A DNA stretch of 32,000 bases from an uncultured Clostridium sp. (GTDB lineage Bacteria > Bacillota > Clostridia > TANB77 > CAG-508), in the NCBI GenBank assembly GCA_948473335.1, contig CAOKXF010000003.1, forward strand, positions 97,775 through 129,774. Reading direction: 5' to 3'. Below the pieces are notes generated by a model, which ran no database searches, had not been told where the DNA came from, and worked only from the letters and a program-made list of their open reading frames with translations. The first letter of the stretch is position 1, and each line of letters begins with the position of its first letter. Below, one piece after another: positions 9,328 through 18,703 of the stretch. Position numbers and translations under genes: made by a program.

Positions 9328-10338
9328 GTGATAAAGTTAGAAAATGTTACTAAGAGATATGGAAATGTTTTAGCATTAGATAATGTGAGCTTTGAAATAA
9401 ACGAAGGAGAAATAGTAGGCCTATTAGGTCCAAACGGAGCAGGAAAAAGCACAACTATGAACATAATAACAGGGTTTATAGAGCAAACATCAGGAAAAGT
9501 AACAATAGATGGATATGACACAGTAAAAAAATCACAAAAAGCTAAAAAGCAAATAGGATATATGCCAGAAGGTGTACCATTATATGGAGATTTAACTGTA
9601 AAAGAATTTGTTACATATATGGCAGAACTAAAAGGAGTAAAAAGAAAAGAAAAACAAGAAAAGGTACAGAAGGCATTACAAGATGCAGGATTAGAAAATG
9701 TACAAAACAAATTAACAAAAAACTTGTCAAGAGGATATAAACAAAGAGTAAGTTTAGCAGGTACACTAGTTTCAGAACCAAAAGTAATAATATTAGATGA
9801 ACCAACAGTAGGATTAGATCCTAAGCAAGTAACAGAAATAAGAGAAGTAATAAAAAGATTAGGAAAAAAACATACAGTAATACTAAGTTCACACATATTA
9901 TCAGAAGTTAGTCAAATATGTAATAGAGTCATTATAATAAATAAAGGAAAAATAGTAGCAATAGATACACCAGAGAATCTAGAAAATAAAGTATCAAATA
10001 AAAATGTTATTTATGTAACAGTTGAAGATATAGAAAATAAAGTAAGTAAGATAAAAGATAAGATTAGTGGAATAAAAGAAATAAAATTGGTAAGAGAAAA
10101 TGAAGATAAAACAAAACAATATTCAATAGAGGCAGAAGATGACACAGATTTAAGAAAATCAATATTTGAAAACTTTGCAAAGGAAAGCATAACAATTTTT
10201 GAAATGAAGAAAGCAGATACAACATTAGAAGATGCTTTTATGCAATTGATAGAAAAAAATATATCCACAGAAAGTTCAAATAATGTGGAAAATTTAGAAA
10301 AAAAATTATTAGAAGAAGAACAAGGAGGAGAAAAATAA
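9328..10338 (+). CDS. ABC transporter ATP-binding protein (ABC-2 / GldA-like)
   Basis: GTG start 9 nt after AAGGAGG (9312-9318). N-terminus is MIKLENVTKRYG, Walker A GPNGAGKST, signature LSRGYKQR, Walker B IILDEPTVGLD. The stop is 1 nt from the next ATG, indicating translational coupling. Confidence 0.9.
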   Translation: MIKLENVTKRYGNVLALDNVSFEINEGEIVGLLGPNGAGKSTTMNIITGFIEQTSGKVTIDGYDTVKKSQKAKKQIGYMPEGVPLYGDLTVKEFVTYMAELKGVKRKEKQEKVQKALQDAGLENVQNKLTKNLSRGYKQRVSLAGTLVSEPKVIILDEPTVGLDPKQVTEIREVIKRLGKKHTVILSSHILSEVSQICNRVIIINKGKIVAIDTPENLENKVSNKNVIYVTVEDIENKVSKIKDKISGIKEIKLVRENEDKTKQYSIEAEDDTDLRKSIFENFAKESITIFEMKKADTTLEDAFMQLIEKNISTESSNNVENLEKKLLEEEQGGEK

Positions 10339-10339
10339 A

Positions 10340-11023
10340 ATGAATGCAATAATAAAAAAAGAATTAAAAAGTTATTTTTTATCTCCAATAGGATATGTAG
10401 TAATGGGAATATTCTTATTATGTTTTAGTGTATTTTTCTATTTAACGACATTTTCTTCAGGAAGTGTTGATTTAGGGGGAGTATATTATTACACAGCATT
10501 GTATGGATTAATAATAATAGCGCCAATATTAACAATGAGAATGTTTGCAGAAGAAAGAAAAACAGGGACAGAGCAATTGTTACTAACGTCACCAGTAGGA
10601 ATATTTAAAATAGTTATCGGTAAATTTCTAGCTGCTTTATTAGTAGTAATTGTAACATTAGTTATGTCATTAATATTTTTTGCAATAACAAGTTATTTTG
10701 GTAAACCAAACATTACATCAGTATTAGCATCTATGTTTGGATTTATACTAATAAGTATGGCAGCAATATCAATAGGAATGTTTGCATCAAGTATAACAGA
10801 AAATCAAATAATAGCGGGAGTGTTAACAGTAGGATTTCTAGTAATATCGCTATTTGCAAGTTCAATTAGCCCAATTCTTTCAGACTTAACTTTAATAGAG
10901 TATTATTTACAATTTGCACAAGGAGTAATATCACTTGAAAATACAATATCATTACTACTTTTTACATTTGTATTTATAAGTTTAACAATGATAGTAATGC
11001 AAAGAAGAAAATTAGTAAAGTAA
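10340..11023 (+). CDS. ABC-2 type transporter permease (GldF-like)
   Basis: 227 aa with about 6 hydrophobic helices. It is tightly coupled between the ATPase and the GldG-like gene. Confidence 0.8.
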   Translation: MNAIIKKELKSYFLSPIGYVVMGIFLLCFSVFFYLTTFSSGSVDLGGVYYYTALYGLIIIAPILTMRMFAEERKTGTEQLLLTSPVGIFKIVIGKFLAALLVVIVTLVMSLIFFAITSYFGKPNITSVLASMFGFILISMAAISIGMFASSITENQIIAGVLTVGFLVISLFASSISPILSDLTLIEYYLQFAQGVISLENTISLLLFTFVFISLTMIVMQRRKLVK

Positions 11024-11026
11024 GGA

Positions 11027-12586
11027 GTGGGAGAGTTGAAGAATAATAAAGAAAAAATAAATGAGAATAAGGAAAATTTACCAATAAAGAAAACATCTGA
11101 AGAACAAGAAGAGAGAGATGGAGTGTTTAGAAAGTTTATAAATGTATTAAATGAAAAATGGTTACAAAGTGGATTAACAACTATAATATTAGTATTAATT
11201 ATATTTGCAATATATTTAGGAGTAAATATATTATTAGACAAAGTAATTTTACCAGATATAGACTTAACAGAAAATAAGATATACTCATTATCAGAAGAAA
11301 CAAATACAAAGTTGAAGAATATTGACAAAGAAGTGAAAATTACATTAATCAATTATGGACAAAATGAAAGTTTTATAAAATTAATAGAAAAGTATACAAC
11401 TATAAATAAATTTATAAAATTGGAGAGAATTGATGATTTAGCAGCAAGAACAGATATAATGCAAAAATATTCAATAGAATCAACAGACACATTAATATTA
11501 ATATCATCAGAAGGTAAAGAAAAAACTATATCAGAATATGACTTATATACATTTGATTATTCAACATATGAAGAAATTGATGTAACAGAGGAAACTATTA
11601 CAAATGCTATAATAGATATAACAACAGCTAATAAACCAGTTATATATTTTATGAATAATCATGTAATGTATAATATGAATTATTTTGAATCTATATTAAC
11701 ATCATTAGAAAATGAAGCTAATGAAATAAAAGAAATAGATTTATTAACAACAGGAGTTGTACCAGAAGACTGTGATACTTTAATAATTACATCACTGAAA
11801 GAAGATATTACAGCAGGAGAAAGAGATAAAATAATAGAATATATAAATCGTGGCGGAGAGTTACTTTTAATGTGTGGAGCTAACATAGAAGACATACAAT
11901 TACCTAATTTTCAAGTTATATTAGAACAATATGGAATAACGCTTGGAAATGGTACAGTATTAGGTAAAGGAGTAATATTTGAAGGCAGTTCTTCTAATAT
12001 GCTGTCAGGATATCCAGATATTATAGTTGAAGAAGTACCAAGCAATAGTATAACTAAAAATATCAATATGTCAATGAGTGTTTGTTTCATAGATGCTACA
12101 CCAATTATAATAGATAATGATAAATTAGAAGAGCTAGGAGTAGAATATGAAACATTAATTACAACATCAGATAAAGCATTTATAAGAACAGATTTAACTC
12201 AAAGAGCTGCAACAAGAACATCAGAAGATAGTGAATATGGAGAATATATTATAGGAGTTCTTGCGACAAAGAAAATAGATGATAATACTTCTTCAAAGAT
12301 TGTAATATATTCAAATGAACTATTTGCTACAAAGAAACCTATTCAGTTAATGGGATATACCTATGAAATTGTAGATTTATATAATAATAAAGATATTGTT
12401 CTTAATTCAGTTGCATATTTGAATGAAAGAGAAGATATTATTACTATTAGAAAAAATTATGATAGTGTTTCTTATACTGTTACAAAACTTCAAAATAATA
12501 TTATAATGGCTATCATTTTTATAATACCTGTTGTTGTTATTGGAATTGGCATTATCGTTTGGCAAGTTAGAAGAAGAAAAAAATAA
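11027..12586 (+). CDS. GldG-like ABC transporter auxiliary component (ABC_transp_aux family)
   Basis: 519 aa with an N-terminal TM helix (LTTIILVLIIFAIYLGV), a large extracytoplasmic domain and a C-terminal TM helix followed by RRRKK. It is the third gene of the operon. The start is ambiguous: GTG 11027 overlaps the SD AAGGAG (11022-11027), so TTG 11036 is the more plausible start. Confidence 0.75.
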   Translation: MGELKNNKEKINENKENLPIKKTSEEQEERDGVFRKFINVLNEKWLQSGLTTIILVLIIFAIYLGVNILLDKVILPDIDLTENKIYSLSEETNTKLKNIDKEVKITLINYGQNESFIKLIEKYTTINKFIKLERIDDLAARTDIMQKYSIESTDTLILISSEGKEKTISEYDLYTFDYSTYEEIDVTEETITNAIIDITTANKPVIYFMNNHVMYNMNYFESILTSLENEANEIKEIDLLTTGVVPEDCDTLIITSLKEDITAGERDKIIEYINRGGELLLMCGANIEDIQLPNFQVILEQYGITLGNGTVLGKGVIFEGSSSNMLSGYPDIIVEEVPSNSITKNINMSMSVCFIDATPIIIDNDKLEELGVEYETLITTSDKAFIRTDLTQRAATRTSEDSEYGEYIIGVLATKKIDDNTSSKIVIYSNELFATKKPIQLMGYTYEIVDLYNNKDIVLNSVAYLNEREDIITIRKNYDSVSYTVTKLQNNIIMAIIFIIPVVVIGIGIIVWQVRRRKK

Positions 12587-12686
12587 AATATATTTTGATA
12601 TAATAATAAAAAGTGGTTTTTCTAAAAGTATGGTGAGTAATAAGCTATTGAGGAAAAGCTACTTTTTATATATTTATACAAAATGC

Positions 12687-12715
12687 TTGACAAAATGAAA
12701 ATAAGATAATAAAAT
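12687..12715 (+). promoter_or_regulatory. Sigma-A type promoter upstream of the Rpn gene
   Basis: TTGACA (12687-12692), 17-nt spacer, TAAAAT (12710-12715). This implies a leader of about 150 nt before the TTG start at 12865. Confidence 0.5.
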
Positions 12716-12864
12716 AAAAATGCAATTTTAATTCAAGAATTCAAAGAAAATTTATTTCAAAAAAATTAAATCAACCTTTTGCAGTACTTTTTAAGCAAAA
12801 GTGAAAACCCAAAAAAGAATCAAAATTTGCAAAGAAATGTACGACAGGAGGTGAGAAACTAGGA

Positions 12865-13818
12865 TTGGAAAATAAATTATTAAATTTAAAAGACGATATA
12901 GTATTTCAAGAATTATTTGGAAAACAAAAAAATAGTGCGATAACACAACATTTGTTGTCTTTAATACTGCAAAAAGAAATATATAACATAGACATAGATG
13001 TAAATAAAAGGATGTTAGGAAATAGAAAAGATTCAAAAATAGGCAGGTTAGACATAAGAGCAAAATTTAATGATGGGGAAGAATGTAATATAGAGTTACA
13101 AGTATCACCACACAAGTATATGGAAAAAAGGATGTTATTCTATTGGGCATCAATGTATCAAAATAAAGTGGGAAAGGGAGAACAATATGATAAGTTAAAA
13201 CCAACAATATCAATATTAATTGCAGATTATAAGATAAAAGAATTAGAAGAAATAGAAAAATATCATACTATATGGAATTTAAGAGAACAAGAATACTACT
13301 CAAAGATAATTACAAAAGATATAGAAATGCACATATTAGAAATTCCAAAGATAAAAAATAATGAAATATTAAAAGATGAACTTGCATTATGGCTCAAATT
13401 TATAGAAAATCCACAAAATAAGGAGGTAAATGAAAAGATGTCAGATAATAGATTTTTAGATCAAGCGAGAGAGGAATTAGCAGATTTAAGTGACGACCCA
13501 GATTTTCAATATATGGTGCTTTCAAGAACATTATTTTTGATGGATCAAGAAGTATATAAAGAGCAAGCAATGGAAGAAGGAAGAGAAGAGGGACTAAGAC
13601 AGGGAAAAGAAGAAGGTAGAAAACAAGGAATAAAAGAAGGCAAAAAAGAAGGGATGGAAGAAGGAATAAAAGAAGGAATAAAAGAAGGAATAAAAGAAGG
13701 AATAAAAGAAGAAAAAATAAATATGGCAAAAAAACTACTAAAATTAAAAATGTCAATAGAACAAATAGTAGAAATAACGGAATTAACAGAAGAAGAAATA
13801 AAAAAAATAAGGCAATAA
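12865..13818 (+). CDS. Rpn family recombination-promoting nuclease / putative transposase (PD-(D/E)XK, YhgA-like)
   Basis: TTG start. The N-terminus MENKLLNLKDDIVFQELFGKQKN, then GRLDIRAKFNDGEECNIELQ, matches the PDDEXK_2/Rpn pattern. The C-terminal part has an (E/K)EG(I/R)K repeat tract and then an HTH-like tail MAKKLLKLKMSIEQIVEITELTEEEIKKI. Confidence 0.85.
   Translation: MENKLLNLKDDIVFQELFGKQKNSAITQHLLSLILQKEIYNIDIDVNKRMLGNRKDSKIGRLDIRAKFNDGEECNIELQVSPHKYMEKRMLFYWASMYQNKVGKGEQYDKLKPTISILIADYKIKELEEIEKYHTIWNLREQEYYSKIITKDIEMHILEIPKIKNNEILKDELALWLKFIENPQNKEVNEKMSDNRFLDQAREELADLSDDPDFQYMVLSRTLFLMDQEVYKEQAMEEGREEGLRQGKEEGRKQGIKEGKKEGMEEGIKEGIKEGIKEGIKEEKINMAKKLLKLKMSIEQIVEITELTEEEIKKIRQ
13660..13707 (+). 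repeat. Perfect 12-nt tandem repeat x4 (GAAGGAATAAAA) inside the Rpn CDS
   Basis: Units lie at 13660-13671, 13672-13683, 13684-13695 and 13696-13707 and encode EGIK x4. Degenerate copies (EEGRKQG, KEGKKEG, MEEG) run upstream from about 13570. Confidence 0.95.
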
Positions 13819-13856
13819 AAGTATATATGTAACTTTGATATATAAAATTAAAATAT

Positions 13857-13906
13857 AAAGATGATTAGTATAAAATACAAAATAGTATTTGAAATGATCA
13901 TCTTTT
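13857..13906 (+). terminator. Candidate two-tier hairpin terminator after the Rpn gene
   Basis: Outer stem AAAGATGAT (13857-13865) / ATCATCTTT (13897-13905). Inner stem AAATAC (13873-13878) / GTATTT (13885-13890). The 3' arm runs into TTTT. Confidence 0.4.
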
Positions 13907-14065
13907 AATCTATTAATAATTATATATTTTTTAAAATATATAATTACAAAATTTAAAAAATTAATTTGTTTGCTTGAATTTTATGGGCAAATATTATATA
14001 TTAGATAACAATGGAACGAGATAAAGTAAATTAAATAATAAAAAATAAAGATAGGTGGTGAAAGA

Positions 14066-17000
14066 ATGTATTTAAAGAGACTAGAATTACAAGGATTTAA
14101 GTCATTTGCAGATAAAACTGTATTAGAGTTCATGCCTGGAATAACAACAGTAATAGGACCAAATGGATCGGGAAAAAGTAATATATCGGACAGCATAAGA
14201 TGGGTATTAGGGGAGCAAAGTATAAAATCATTAAGAGGTGCGAAATCATTAGATATAATATTTGCAGGAACAGAAAATAGAAAATCATTAGGATTTGCAG
14301 AAGCATCATTAATATTTGACAATACGGATGGAACTTTACCAATAGAATACCAAGAAGTAGTAATAACAAGAAAGATATATAGAAGTGGAGAAACAGGATA
14401 TTACATAAATAAAACACCATGCAGATTAAAAGATGTAATAGAGTTGTTTATGGATACAGGAATAGGGAGAGATGGATACTCAATAATAGGACAAGGTAAA
14501 ATAGATGAAATATTAAGTAACAAATCAGAAGATAGAAGACATATATTTGAAGAAGCAGCAGGAATAGTAAAATATAGAGCAAGAAAAGAAGAGACAGAAA
14601 AGAAGCTAGAACACACAAAATTAAATTTATTAAGGATAAATGATATATTATCAGAAATAGAACAAAACATAGAACCACTAAGAATTCAATCAGACAAAGC
14701 AAAACAATTTTTGAATTTAAGAGAAGAATTAAAAAATATAGAAATAGGTTTATTTCTGTATAATATAGAAAAATATAGAGAAGACTTGAAAAAAATAGCA
14801 GAAGATGAAGAAATAATGAAAGACACATTAAATCAAGAAGAAGGAAAATTAGAAAGGATAAATGCACTAAAAGAAGAATTAAAAATACAAATCGAAGAAA
14901 TAACAAGTAAAATAGAAGAAGTACAAAATATAGGATTTGAAAGCAAAAATGAAATAGAAAAGGCAAATTCAGAAATAAATGTGGCACAAACAAAAATACA
15001 AAATAATAATGAAAATAGAAACAGATATGAAGAAGACATAAAAGAGTATAAACAAAGAATAGAAGACTTAAAAGAAGAAAAAGAACAAAAGAAATCAAGA
15101 AAAGACAACTTAAAGAAAAACAAAGAAAAGTTTGAAAACGAATTGAAACAAAAAGAAGAAGAATTATCAAAAATAACGAGTAAATTAACAGAAAAAGAAT
15201 TGCAATATGAAGAAAAAAAGAAAATAGTAGAAGAGAATACTGAAAAAAGATATGAATTACAAACAGAAATAGGAACAGATAAGGCAAATTTAGAGAACCA
15301 TAAGAAAAGAAAAGAACAACTAAAACAAGAAATTTCAAACAATATATCTGACTTAGATAGTACAAGAATAAAAAAAGAAGAGATAATAAAGGAATTTCAA
15401 AAAATAGAATCAGAGAAAAATAAATTATCTAAGGAGTTAGAACAAAGACTTAGTAAAAGGGAAGAAGCTAATGAAAGAATAAATCAATTCGAAAACGAAA
15501 TAAATATCTTAGCAAATGAGATGAGAATAAAAGACTCAAGATTAAAATTTTTAATAGAAACAGAGAAAGAAAAAGAAGGATACACAAAAAGTGTAAAAGA
15601 ATTATTAAAAGCTTGCGATAGCATAAAGGAATTGGGAAGAGGAACTTATGGAGTATTAGCAAATATAGTAACTGTTCCAAAGGAATATGAAACAGCAATA
15701 GAGATGTGCTTAGGAGCAAGCCTACAAAATATAGTAACAGAATCAGAAGATGATGCAAAAAGGTTAATAGAATATTTAAAAACAAATAATTTAGGAAGAG
15801 CATCATTTTTACCAATATCATCAATTAAAGGTAAAAAACTAGAAAAAATCAAAAGTCATGCAAATGGTATTATTGGTATTGCTTCAGACTTAGTACAATA
15901 TGAAAAAAAATATGAACAAATAATTTTAAATCTATTAGGAAGAACAGTAATAGTAGATACAATGCAAACAGCAATTGCATTAGCAAGAACAGAAAATTAT
16001 GCATATAGAATAATAACTTTACAAGGAGATGTAATTAATCCATCAGGATTAATTACAGGAGGATCAGTAGCAAAGAAAACTGTAAATATTTTAGGAAGAA
16101 GTAGAGAAATAGAAAGTCTAGAAAAAGAAGTTAAGCAATTAAAAGAAACAATCAATAAGTTGGATACAGAAAAACAAGAGTATATATTAACTAATGAAAA
16201 TGTAATAGAAGAAACAGAAAATGTTGAAAGAATGCTACAAGAAATAGATATAACATATGCTACGGAAAAACAAAGAGTAGTATCAATAGAAGAAAATGTT
16301 GAAAGATTAGCAAATCGATTATCAAAATCAAGAGAAGAAGTTTCAGAAATTGAAAAACAAATGATAGAGATTGAAGAAGAAAGACAATATAAGGAAGAAG
16401 AAATTGCTAAAATAACAGATAAAAATAATAGTTTAGTTGAAGAAATCAATAAATTTGCTGAAGCTAATAAGGAAGAACAAAAATATATAGATGATTTAAA
16501 TTTTGACATAACAAATTTGAAAATATCAGTTTCTTCATTTGATGAAAGTGAAAGTTCAATTCTTGAAATGGAAGAAAGAATAAATCAAGACATTCAAAAT
16601 AATGAAAGAAGCTTAAAGATGAAAGAGCAACAAATAGAGCAAATAAAAATAGATAATATTAATTTAGAACAAGAAATAGAAAATGCAAAAAATAAAATAA
16701 AAGATATTGAAGAAAAAGTTAAAAATAGTGGAAAGATAATTGAGGATTTGAGAAGTCAAAGACAAGAAAAAAATGAGAAATTATCTAAAAAGGAAGAAGA
16801 GCAAGTTGCTGAATTCAAGGTAATAGAAGACTTAAAAGCACAAAATATAAAATTAGAAGTTAAGAAGAACAAAACAGAAGAAGATTGTAATAATATTATT
16901 AATAAAATGTGGGAAGAATATGAGTTAACTCCAAATAGTGCAACACAATACGAAAAACCAGAGAATGTAGCTAATACACAAAGAAGAGTTAATAATTTAA

Positions 17001-17611
17001 GAGCAGACATAAATAACTTAGGTAGTGTTAATATAGATGCAATAAAAGAATATGAAAATTTAAAAAGCAGATATGATTTTATGTGTGAACAAAGATTAGA
17101 TTTAGAAAATACAATGTCAAAGTTGCAAGAAGTAATTCAAGATATGACAAAAACTATGAAACAACAATTTAAAGAACAATTTGAAATTATCAATAAGAAT
17201 TTTGGAGAAGTATTTAGAGAACTTTTTGGTGGAGGAAAAGCAGAAGTTATATTAACAGATGAGAATAATATCTTAGAATGTGGAATAGATATAGAGGTAC
17301 AGCCACCAGGAAAGAAACTTCAAAACATGTTACTTTTATCAGGAGGAGAGAGAGCTTTTACTGCAATTGCTTTACTATTTGCTATATTGAAAATAAATCC
17401 TGCGCCATTTTGTGTTTTAGATGAAATTGAAGCAGCACTTGATGATGTTAATGTTTATAGATATGCAGATTACCTAAAGAAATTTTCAAAGGATACGCAG
17501 TTTTTAATTATTACTCATAGAAAAGGTACTATGGAAGCAGCTGATACAGTTTATGGTGTGACTATGGAAGAAAAGGGTATTTCAAAATTATTATCTATGA
17601 AATTAAAATAA
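14066..17611 (+). CDS. smc: Chromosome segregation protein SMC
   Basis: 1181 aa. N-terminus is MYLKRLELQGFKSFADKTVLEFMPGITTVIGPNGSGKSNISDSIRWVLGEQS. Long coiled coils flank a hinge (GVLANIVTVPKEYETAIEMCLGASLQNIV). C-terminus has LSGGERAFTAIALLFAILKINPAPFCVLDEIEAALD. RBS AGGTGG lies at about 14052. Confidence 0.98.
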   Translation: MYLKRLELQGFKSFADKTVLEFMPGITTVIGPNGSGKSNISDSIRWVLGEQSIKSLRGAKSLDIIFAGTENRKSLGFAEASLIFDNTDGTLPIEYQEVVITRKIYRSGETGYYINKTPCRLKDVIELFMDTGIGRDGYSIIGQGKIDEILSNKSEDRRHIFEEAAGIVKYRARKEETEKKLEHTKLNLLRINDILSEIEQNIEPLRIQSDKAKQFLNLREELKNIEIGLFLYNIEKYREDLKKIAEDEEIMKDTLNQEEGKLERINALKEELKIQIEEITSKIEEVQNIGFESKNEIEKANSEINVAQTKIQNNNENRNRYEEDIKEYKQRIEDLKEEKEQKKSRKDNLKKNKEKFENELKQKEEELSKITSKLTEKELQYEEKKKIVEENTEKRYELQTEIGTDKANLENHKKRKEQLKQEISNNISDLDSTRIKKEEIIKEFQKIESEKNKLSKELEQRLSKREEANERINQFENEINILANEMRIKDSRLKFLIETEKEKEGYTKSVKELLKACDSIKELGRGTYGVLANIVTVPKEYETAIEMCLGASLQNIVTESEDDAKRLIEYLKTNNLGRASFLPISSIKGKKLEKIKSHANGIIGIASDLVQYEKKYEQIILNLLGRTVIVDTMQTAIALARTENYAYRIITLQGDVINPSGLITGGSVAKKTVNILGRSREIESLEKEVKQLKETINKLDTEKQEYILTNENVIEETENVERMLQEIDITYATEKQRVVSIEENVERLANRLSKSREEVSEIEKQMIEIEEERQYKEEEIAKITDKNNSLVEEINKFAEANKEEQKYIDDLNFDITNLKISVSSFDESESSILEMEERINQDIQNNERSLKMKEQQIEQIKIDNINLEQEIENAKNKIKDIEEKVKNSGKIIEDLRSQRQEKNEKLSKKEEEQVAEFKVIEDLKAQNIKLEVKKNKTEEDCNNIINKMWEEYELTPNSATQYEKPENVANTQRRVNNLRADINNLGSVNIDAIKEYENLKSRYDFMCEQRLDLENTMSKLQEVIQDMTKTMKQQFKEQFEIINKNFGEVFRELFGGGKAEVILTDENNILECGIDIEVQPPGKKLQNMLLLSGGERAFTAIALLFAILKINPAPFCVLDEIEAALDDVNVYRYADYLKKFSKDTQFLIITHRKGTMEAADTVYGVTMEEKGISKLLSMKLK

Positions 17612-17630
17612 GAATTATATATATTAACAA

Positions 17631-17660
17631 AATTCAACTATTCTTAAGAATAGTTGAATT
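17631..17660. terminator. Bidirectional terminator shared by smc and htpX
   Basis: Perfect 30-nt palindrome AATTCAACTATTCTTAAGAATAGTTGAATT. It lies 20 nt after the smc stop and 17 nt after the htpX stop, and T-rich sequence follows it on both strands. Confidence 0.8.
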
Positions 17661-17676
17661 TTGCTCAATTAATGAT

Positions 17677-18576
17677 TTATTTTATATTTTGTAGAGCTTC
17701 GACTCTATCTTCAATGCTAGGATGGGTAGACCATAAAGAGGAACGCTTTTTTGATTTATTGCTATTTGCTTTAAAAGGACTAACGATATACATGTGTGCT
17801 GTACTACTATTAGCAGTAGCAAGTTCATTATTATCTGCATCTAATTTTTTAAGAGCAGATATTAATCCATCAGGATTACGGGTGAATTCTACAGCAGTAG
17901 CATCTGCTAGAAATTCTCTCTTTCTTGAAATTGCTAATTGCATTAATGAACCAAATATTGGAGATAAAATTAGAAGAACTAATCCTACTAACATTAAGAC
18001 AGCATTTCCTTTTGAATCATTGTCATTATCCTTCATGCTTCCCCAAAATAATCTCCTTGAAAATATGTCTGAAAGCATAACTACAAATCCTACCATGACA
18101 GTAACAATAGCAGAAAGGCGAATATCATAGTTTTTAATATGAGATAATTCATGAGCAATAACTCCTTCCAATTCATAGTATTCTAATTTCTCTAATAAAC
18201 CAGTCGTAACACATATAACAGCATGTTCTGGATTCCTACCCGTTGCAAAAGCATTAGGTTGAGGGTCATCTACAACATATAAAGCAGGTTTATATTGTAA
18301 ACCAGAAGATACCATTAAACTATCTAAAATATTTACAAGTTTCAAATCTTCTTCATGTGTAGCAGGTCTAGCTTTATTTATTTTTAATATAATCTGGTCA
18401 CTATAATAGTATGAACCCCAGGAAGATATAATAGAGAAAAATAGAGCTATTATTATTGCAAATATTCCCATATCTAATGCCATGAATATATAATATAGAA
18501 TTAATGTAATTGCAATAATAAATATTGTTACTATTAACATAGATTCTCTTTTATTTTTAGATATATTATCAAACAT
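17677..18576 (-). CDS. htpX: M48 family zinc metalloprotease HtpX
   Basis: 299 aa with N-terminal TM helices and zinc motif HELSHIKNYD (HExxH). The C-terminal part is STAHMYIVSP...STHPSIEDRVEAL. RBS AGGAG precedes the ATG. Confidence 0.9.
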   Translation of the reverse strand: MFDNISKNKRESMLIVTIFIIAITLILYYIFMALDMGIFAIIIALFFSIISSWGSYYYSDQIILKINKARPATHEEDLKLVNILDSLMVSSGLQYKPALYVVDDPQPNAFATGRNPEHAVICVTTGLLEKLEYYELEGVIAHELSHIKNYDIRLSAIVTVMVGFVVMLSDIFSRRLFWGSMKDNDNDSKGNAVLMLVGLVLLILSPIFGSLMQLAISRKREFLADATAVEFTRNPDGLISALKKLDADNNELATANSSTAHMYIVSPFKANSNKSKKRSSLWSTHPSIEDRVEALQNIK

Positions 18577-18671
18577 AAAAACTCCTTTCTTGTAAGTTTT
18601 ATAAATAAAGTGTTTTTAAAAACATAGAAAAGTATAAAATCTTGAATAATTATCGAAAAGATTAATATATA

Positions 18672-18699
18672 AAAGAGGCTAGAACTAGCTAACCTCTTT
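18672..18699 (-). terminator. Intrinsic terminator-like hairpin between lemA and htpX
   Basis: Minus-strand RNA AAAGAGGUUAG-CUAGUU-CUAGCCUCUUU forms an 11-bp stem with one G-U pair and a 6-nt loop. It is followed by UAUAUAUU and begins 5 nt after the lemA stop. Confidence 0.55.
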
Positions 18700-18703
18700 A
18701 ATA

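Noticed and set aside
9306-11352. Minus-strand ORFs 9306-9896, 9611-9805, 10011-10388 and 10903-11352
   Set aside because: They are antisense to the ABC ATPase, permease and GldG-like genes and have low-complexity hydrophobic translations.
13918-13945. AT-only palindrome AATTATATATTTT-TT-AAAATATATAATT upstream of smc
   Set aside because: It is composed solely of A/T in an AT-rich spacer, so such symmetry arises easily. There is no adjacent motif to suggest an operator.
14130-17010. Minus-strand ORFs within smc (for example 14448-15365 at 305 aa, 14833-15342, 15997-16509)
   Set aside because: They are antisense to smc. The coiled-coil codons (GAA/AAA/AAG) give long stop-free Phe/Leu/Ser frames on the complement.
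17654-18130. 158-aa plus-strand ORF downstream of smc
   Set aside because: It starts inside the smc/htpX terminator palindrome, is fully antisense to the well-supported htpX CDS, and has no RBS.
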